From the human T2T-CHM13v2.0 reference genome, Homo sapiens: 64,000 bases of DNA. Position 1 is the first letter of the stretch. Each line of letters begins with the position of its first letter. The translations under genes and the position numbers were made by a program. The DNA is taken from the NCBI RefSeq assembly GCF_009914755.1, contig NC_060927.1; one strand, 5' to 3'. Below, in pieces: positions 54,483 to 64,000 of this stretch. The notes beneath the pieces are model-generated. The model saw nothing but the letters and a program-made list of their open reading frames with translations, had not been told where the DNA came from and did not search any database.

Positions 54483-54864
54483 TCACAATAGAAAGTCAGA
54501 TTCTATCAAAAATAGGCTGCTCAAAATGTGGTTTGAATTCTAAGTGACACAATGGCCATGGCTCAGAAAAGATGCCTGCAAAGTGAGCACAGGATGCCAC
54601 CCCTGCCCTCAGACGTGGCTTGGTGTGGCAGATGTCAGGAAGCCCCATCACCAAGGACACAGGTACTCATTCCATTCTAGCAAGAAACACTTTTACAGAT
54701 ACCAATCCAGCAAACCAAAAACCATTTTTCGAATCCTCCACCAACTCCCTTCGGGGGAGGGGAAAAGACTTTTACTCTAATTTTTTTTAAGGGTCATATA
54801 TTATTGTAGAACATTTTATACACCTACTAATAGAAACAGGAGTAACCAGAGGTGGATTTCTTTA

Positions 54865-55203
<339 letters not shown>

Positions 55204-55596
55204 AGATAAGTCTCAAGCTCAGTTGACTGACACTCTGTAGATTCTGTTCTAAGTCTAAAAGCAAAAAAAGAAAAATTAGGCTAAAGTACAGCATGACTCA
55301 TGAACTAAAATTCAACATTTCAGGGTCTCAGATGTTCCATCCATAAAGCAATACTATCTGTCAGCCTTTTCATTAGAATTACTCAAAGAAAAGTCTACAG
55401 GTATCCCAAACATTCCTGACGTATCCCCAGGGGAATCTGGTTGTCAGAGGCAGATGAAGACACTGTGTATGTGCGGTGCTTATGCACCTGTGTGCTGCCG
55501 TATGCAGTATTAGCCAACTCAAGTGTATTTTTATGCAAAAATCCTTTTTTAATGTCAAGTGTTAGGTCACATAACTACTGTTAAAAGCCTCAAGTG

Positions 55597-55903
55597 GGCC
55601 AGACACGGTGGCTCCCACCTGTAATTCCAGCCCTTTGGGATCCCGGCTGAGGCGGGTGAATCACTTGAACCCAGGAGTTTTGAGTCCAGCCTGGGGAACA
55701 TGGCAAAACCCTGTCTCTACAGAAAATACAAAAATTAGCTGGGCATGGTGACATGCACCTATAGTTGCAGCTACTTGAGAGGCTGAAGTGGCAGGATTGA
55801 TTGAGCCCAGGAGGTCGAGGCTACAGTAAGCCTTTATTGCACCACTACCCTCCAGCCTGGGTGACAATGAAAGACCCTGTTTCAAAATAAATAAATTAAT
55901 AAA
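55597..55903 (+). mobile_element. AluJ-like
   Basis: Degenerate TSD ending caagtgg. Confidence 0.88.
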
Positions 55904-55904
55904 G

Positions 55905-56440
55905 GTCCCAAGTGGCTTATCATTACAATTGAAACAAAATCTAAGCTGCCTAGCTTTGCTCTGTGACCTGCCCTGCCTCATTTTGTTCTCTTCTCCCCAT
56001 TGCTTAGTATGCTCAAGTCACATCAGTATTTTTTTCCATTTCTCAAATGTGCCAAGTTCATGACAGTCTTAGAGTGTTTGTGCATTCTGTTCCTTCCTCC
56101 CAGAGGGCTGTTCCTCCAGTCCTTCTACATCGGGGAGGAAGTCTCCTGTGTAGATCCAGGAGTCAGCTAAAATATCACTTGCTCAGAGAGACCTTCTGGG
56201 ACCTCCCTGGCCAAAATAGCACCCCAAAGGCACTCTCTGTCATATTGCCATTTGCTGTCTTCCTGGGACTTAGCACTGTCTGAACTCACTAGCACACTCA
56301 TTTACTTGTTGATTGTCTCTCCTCCCTGGAATGTCAGCTCCTTGAGGACAAGAACAATACTGCCCTTGCTCACAGCAGTGTCCCCAGAACCATGAACATG
56401 ATTTAGCAAAGAGTGTACGCTCAGTATGAATGTGCTGAAG
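55905..56440 (+). mobile_element. L2 3' fragment
   Basis: gaatgtcagctccttgaggacaag...gctcagtatgaatgtgctgaa. Confidence 0.65.
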
Positions 56441-56509
56441 AAATCGGAAACAGAAAACTTTAAGAAGAGTGCACGTTATAGCCTCCTAAAAATTAAAAAA
56501 TAAAAAACG

Positions 56510-56770
56510 GCCAAAAGAAAGACATAGAATAGAATGGTGGTTGCTGAGGGCTGGGGAGTGGATGGGAGGGAATGGGGAGTTAACGTTTAAAAGGTAAAGA
56601 GCTCCAGTTTTGCAAGATGGAAAGAGTTTTGGAGATTGGTTATACAACAATGTGAATGCACACATAAAATGTGTACACATAGAATGTGTACTGAGATGTA
56701 CACATAAAAATGGTCAGGATGATGCATTTTATGTTATGTGTATTTGACTACAATTTTTTTCTTAATGGCA
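56510..56770 (+). mobile_element. L1MB-type 3' end
   Basis: agaatggtggttgctgagggctgggg...agagctccagttttgcaagatggaaagagttttggagat. Confidence 0.8.
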
Positions 56771-57147
56771 AAAAAAGCATCCATATAGCAGCACTTCAGG
56801 TTATTTTTTAAAAGGTAAAAACTCACAACACTAAAACCAAAGGCTAAAGATGCACTAATACCAGAACTTGAGAGAAATATCCGCAAATAACAAGGTAGAT
56901 GGAGCTGAACTAAGAAAACCAACCCAGGATTCAAGACACTAGAATCTGCCATAAGAGAGGTGGAAAGATACCTCTTGCCTTTCCTACTGACCAATTCCCG
57001 CCTCAGAAACCTCAAACTGGATTCAGATCTAAAATGCCAAACAGTTGTTCCATAGATAGAGGGGTGCTATTTGAAAATTCTTTGCTTTATTACACAAGCA
57101 GTAAACATCCTGTAGAGCAGTTAGGAAATCTTTTTAAAAGATAAAGA

Positions 57148-57345
57148 AGTTTGGGCAACACAGTGAGACCCTGTCTCTACAGAAAATTAACAAGCTAGCC
57201 AGGCACTGTTGTACACGCCTGTAGTCCCAGCTACTTGGAAGGCTGAGATGGGAAGATCACTTGAGCCCAGGAGTTTGAGGCAGTAAGCCATGATCATGCC
57301 ACTGCACTCCAGCCCAGGCAACACAGTAAGACCCTGTCTTTAAAC
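57148..57345 (+). mobile_element. Partial AluJ-like
   Basis: End of left monomer plus right monomer. Confidence 0.8.
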
Positions 57346-58153
57346 AGAACACTAGGGGGAAGAAAAGAGATCTGCTTGCCTAGGCAATCAGGACAACGTT
57401 CCCTCCATTCTTCCCACACCTCAACTCTGTGTCTCCCTCCCCTCTATCCCATCATTATCCAGATATGGCAACTTAGGGCACCACAGAGCAAGAAGTGGAG
57501 TCTGAACTGGCAGTGGTAGGCTGTATCTTGGGATAGACAAAGACCAGGACAGGACAAGGAAAGGTGGCAATGCATGCTGGGGAACACAACTTTCTGTGGA
57601 CCCTATGAATTCCGAATATCAAAGAGCCGGTGCATGAGAAAGACGCCCATCTCAGATCAGTTCAGCTGCTTTTAAAAAGTGATCATGGGTTTAGGAGGCT
57701 GGATAGAGCTGTCTCATTTGGAGACGAAGGCAAAAAAACATTCTTACGTGGAGTGAATAAAAAGGACTGTACAGAGCTTGGGGAAAAAATATTCTCAAGA
57801 AGGCTAAGAGGAAGAATACATGTAAAATTTCTAACATAAGGTGTTAGAGAAAACACCAGGAAAGGTGTTTCCTCAGCACATAAATATAGGACAAAGCACC
57901 CTCTATGAAACAAGAACAGAAAACCAGAAGAAGAAAACAGGCTGAGGTGAAAAGAGAGATGGATGCATCAAGGAATTATTATGAGGAAACTAAACCAACA
58001 TTAGTAGAATTAAAATTAAAACTGAGAACAGGAAATAGTGGAATCAACACTACAGAAAGTCAAATAAATAATGTATTGAGATAAGGCGGCTCTACCAATC
58101 TGCAGTTGCAAAAGACACAGATGACAATCATGAGGCAGAAGACAATAGAGAAA

Positions 58154-58527
<374 letters not shown>

Positions 58528-58984
58528 TCAATGGATAGACAAAAATGTAAATATAAATACACGTCCTGGGCTGAACAGAGAACTGTGGGGGCTGCTTAAA
58601 GGAGCCACCACACTCCAGCAAAATCAATGGGAAAAAAATGCACATCTAGATGCAGCTTGGCAATATTTTCTCCGGCTTTTTATTACTGAAATTCCAAACA
58701 CACACAAAAGTAGACAGAATAGTATAATGAATCCCTAGTTTATGAAGTTTGGCAACATTTTTGAATAACAAAAATCAAGAGAAAAATTTTCCAATCATGG
58801 AAGCAGAAAAATTAGACCTGCCTTAAAGGAAAAAAAAAAAATCAGTTTGAATTTTGCGACAACACTAAATGCCAAAAGATGAACAGGCAAACAGAAGAAT
58901 GTAAATAGAAACCGACAAATTTGGAGGGGGTTGGGGAGCTGAGGGAAAACATTCATCCCCAGCCAAAATGTCTTTCCCCAGTAA

Positions 58985-59220
58985 GAATGGCCAACATTTA
59001 TTGAGCTCTTGCCAGGTGCCAAGTACTGTGGTACATGCTATCTGTGCATTGCCTCATCTAATCCTAATGGTGACCCACGAGGCACGTACATATTACCACC
59101 ATGCCTACTTGACAGATGAAGAAACAAAGGCATTAAGAACTAGTAAGTGGTAGAATCCAGATTAAAACCCATGCAGCCGAGCTCCACAGCCCAGACTCCT
59201 ACGCTATGCACCATGTGCCC
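58985..59220 (-). mobile_element. MIR
   Basis: aacatttattgagctcttgccaggtgccaag...acagatgaagaaacaaaggc core. Confidence 0.7.
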
Positions 59221-59403
59221 TCTCAGCAGCACTGCAGAGACTCAGAAATGATTCTTCTTGCAGGAAAAACAGCTTGAAAATATTTACCAATGTATGAATA
59301 AAAGAAGCAGAATTAAGAACTCAAGAAATGGGGATGTCATATACATATATATTAAAAAAAAAACTGGTAGTAAGCAATGAACCCAGTTAAACACAGAGCT
59401 GAG

Positions 59404-60777
<1,374 letters not shown>

Positions 60778-61056
60778 GCTATGAATAATATTTCTAAGCA
60801 TGGTTACATAACTGAATATTAAAGTCACATATTACTTTTAAAAAGAATTAGTCATTATCATACATTATCTAAGTATTATACTAATATTAAAATATTAATA
60901 ACAATAGCCTACATAATAGCAAAAATTGGAAAGCAGAATAGAGGGGCAGAGGAAGTTAAAGTATGCCCTGTCTTCATCATTAAAGAAAAGATTCAAAAAG
61001 TATTGCATCATCCCTTTGAGGACTACCAAAAAAAATAGGTTAAAGAATGCTTATGA

Positions 61057-61255
61057 AGCTGGGTATGGTGGCATACACCTGCAGTCCCAGCTCTCAGGAG
61101 ACTGAGGCAGGAGGATTGGTTGAGCCCAGAAGTTCAAGGCTAGACTGCACTATGATTGTGCCTGTGAAGAGCTACTGCACTCCAGCCTGGGCAACATAGT
61201 GAGACTCCGTATCTCAAAAAAAAGAAAAAAAGAAAGAAAGAAAGAAAAGAAAAGA
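61057..61255 (+). mobile_element. Alu monomer (FRAM/FAM-like)
   Basis: TSD aaagaatgcttatga/aaagaatggttatga. Confidence 0.82.
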
Positions 61256-61290
61256 ATGGTTATGATAAACTTAATATGACCACTACTAGA

Positions 61291-61293
<3 letters not shown>

Positions 61294-61340
<47 letters not shown>
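61294..61340. repeat. Pure (TA)23 microsatellite
   Basis: Direct reading. Confidence 0.95.
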
Positions 61341-61343
<3 letters not shown>

Positions 61344-61527
61344 ATATTTCTTCCCAAAATACTAAAGAAGGGTAAAAGAAATACAACTTGTATAGCAAAA
61401 TAGAAAACATGAAAAGCAGTATGGAAATAAAAACAAAAATCATAAGGAGACTAAGAGAAAAACACCAGTTTTAAGGGCAAAGGTTTGACTGTGGAATTGT
61501 CTTAATCTATCCTTGGCTTTATTTTAA

Positions 61528-62034
<507 letters not shown>

Positions 62035-62175
62035 TCTAACTGCTTTCTTTAGGGAGAAGTTGGCACTCAAAAACTCTGTTTAGACAGTTGTAAAAAAATA
62101 CAAAATAAACACTTATCTGAAATATTCTACAATGCTAGTTTTTCCTTTTCTCCTGATATCCTATTGATATCCTAT

Positions 62176-62519
62176 TGATATGGTTTGGCTCTGTATCCCC
62201 ACCCAAATCTCATCTTGTACCTCCCATAATTCTCACATGTTGTGGGAGAGACCCAGTGGAGTATGACTGAATCATGCGGCAGGTCTATCCCACACTGTTT
62301 TCATGATGGTGAATGGGTCTCACGAGATCTGATGGTTTTAAAAACGGGAGTTTCTCTGCACAAGCTCTCTCTTCGCCTGCTGCCATCCACATAAGATGTG
62401 ACTTGCTTCTCCTGGCCTTCTGCCATAATTGTGAGCCCTCCTCAGCCATGTGGAACTGTAAGTCCAATAAACCCCTTTCTTTTGTAAATTGCCCAGTCTT
62501 ATGAAAACGAACTAATACA
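62176..62519 (+). mobile_element. THE1 (THE1A-like) solo LTR
   Basis: tgatatggtttggc...actaataca; perfect TSD cctat. Confidence 0.9.
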
Positions 62520-63498
62520 CCTATTTACTGAAATATCACATTTCTGTCTTAGCTTTTAATCATAAAATAAGGAAAGGTGACTATAAGTGGGGCAAAGCTT
62601 CACCAAAAGCAGTAGGTGTCAGGAAAGAAAGTATAAGAGACAAAGAAAGCAAAGGAAGTCCCTGAGTGGTAGAAAAGAGATGAAAAATACAAGTCTGAAG
62701 AGGTCTCCGGAAAAACGTAAAGTACCGCAAAAGGAAGAAGGCAAACAGCCAGAAGAGCCAAGGGTCCTTACAATAGTCTCACTTATTTGGCCCTTTTGGC
62801 CAAACCCCAAAATGGGAAGACCAATGCAACTGGCTTATTAACTGACACTCCCCGCAAATCTTTTAAGTGGATGAAGAGTTATTGCAAGGATGAGTTAAGG
62901 AAAGTATATTAAATTCTGCTCTGGTTCTTCTTCTCTCAAATCTATTCTCTTGATCTTTTGTCCCCATTTGTGTTCACGGGTACCTGTGTCATCTACTGCA
63001 TTCTGCCAAGGTGCCATTGTCACTTGCTCTGGCAGCTATGACTCCAGTGTCCTTCCCCAAGCCTGTTTTACAGCATCTTGCTGTTAATGTGCAGCTCTTA
63101 CCTGGCACTAGAATGAGCTTGTCTAGTTACAGGCATCTGCCCGAACTCAAACCATGTTGCCTAGACTAAGACTTGCAAGCAAATAGCAAATCAACCAGAA
63201 GCATGGAGGGCAGAGTACTCTGTACCCTCGAATCACTTTCTAGGCCCAGTTCCCCTCCCACACTTGAAACCCACCTAAAGCCCAGGCTCCCAAAGAGCAC
63301 AACCTTTTCCAGTTTTGAGCGTGGTTCTGCCTGCCTCTTCCCCATAGCACGGGGAAGGCACACATCTAGGCTGAAGAAAACAGATACCCAGTCCCCAGTC
63401 CAGCAACTGTTTGCCTCCATCAAGCTGCTGAAGTAGATTTAGGAGCCACCAGTAATGGTAAAAGAGCTGCATAATTTAAGTCTTGACCGAAAAGCTAA

Positions 63499-63809
<311 letters not shown>

Positions 63810-64000
63810 AAATTACTTTCTTAATTTTAATTACATACCTCTCCATAAATGGAAGTTAAGTAAAGTACTTCAGACCCAGTATATCTTGGAGATAATAACA
63901 TCAGAAACAGGTCTGGGAGCCCAAATGTATAGATGGGAGGCAGATGAATACTGAAGTATTCTCAGATTTCAGTCTGGCTGCTCAATGTGTTTGAAACAAA

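Overview
Primate (almost certainly human) genomic DNA from inside the OSBPL10 (ORP10, oxysterol-binding protein-related protein 10) gene, transcribed on the minus strand. Three coding exons have canonical AG/GT boundaries and splice into one continuous frame: 53859-53705 (155 nt), 22961-22812 (150 nt) and 4568-4088 (481 nt, containing the ORD signature EQVSHHPP). From memory these are about exons 6-8. The rest is intron, rich in Alu, L2, old L1, MIR, MaLR LTRs (THE1/MST/MLT1) and hAT/Tigger DNA transposon relics, often nested. Almost all other ORFs in the track are repeat-derived or chance. No prokaryote-type system is present. Most interesting unexplained signals: (1) a repeat-free, CpG-retaining 542-nt exon-like block (29705-29164, minus) that opens in frame with the upstream exon for 78 codons, possibly an alternative terminal exon or a decayed cassette exon; (2) a young 39-nt poly(A)-tailed retro-insertion with perfect 11-bp TSDs (35378-35456); (3) a CRE/CCAAT element followed by a plus-strand splice donor, a candidate antisense promoter; (4) a near-perfect CTCF motif inside an L2; (5) a palindromic double MRE/XRE Z-DNA element; (6) a forkhead motif cluster; (7) inverted Alu pairs relevant to editing and circRNA. 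Repeat subfamily names are by-eye recognition, not RepeatMasker output.
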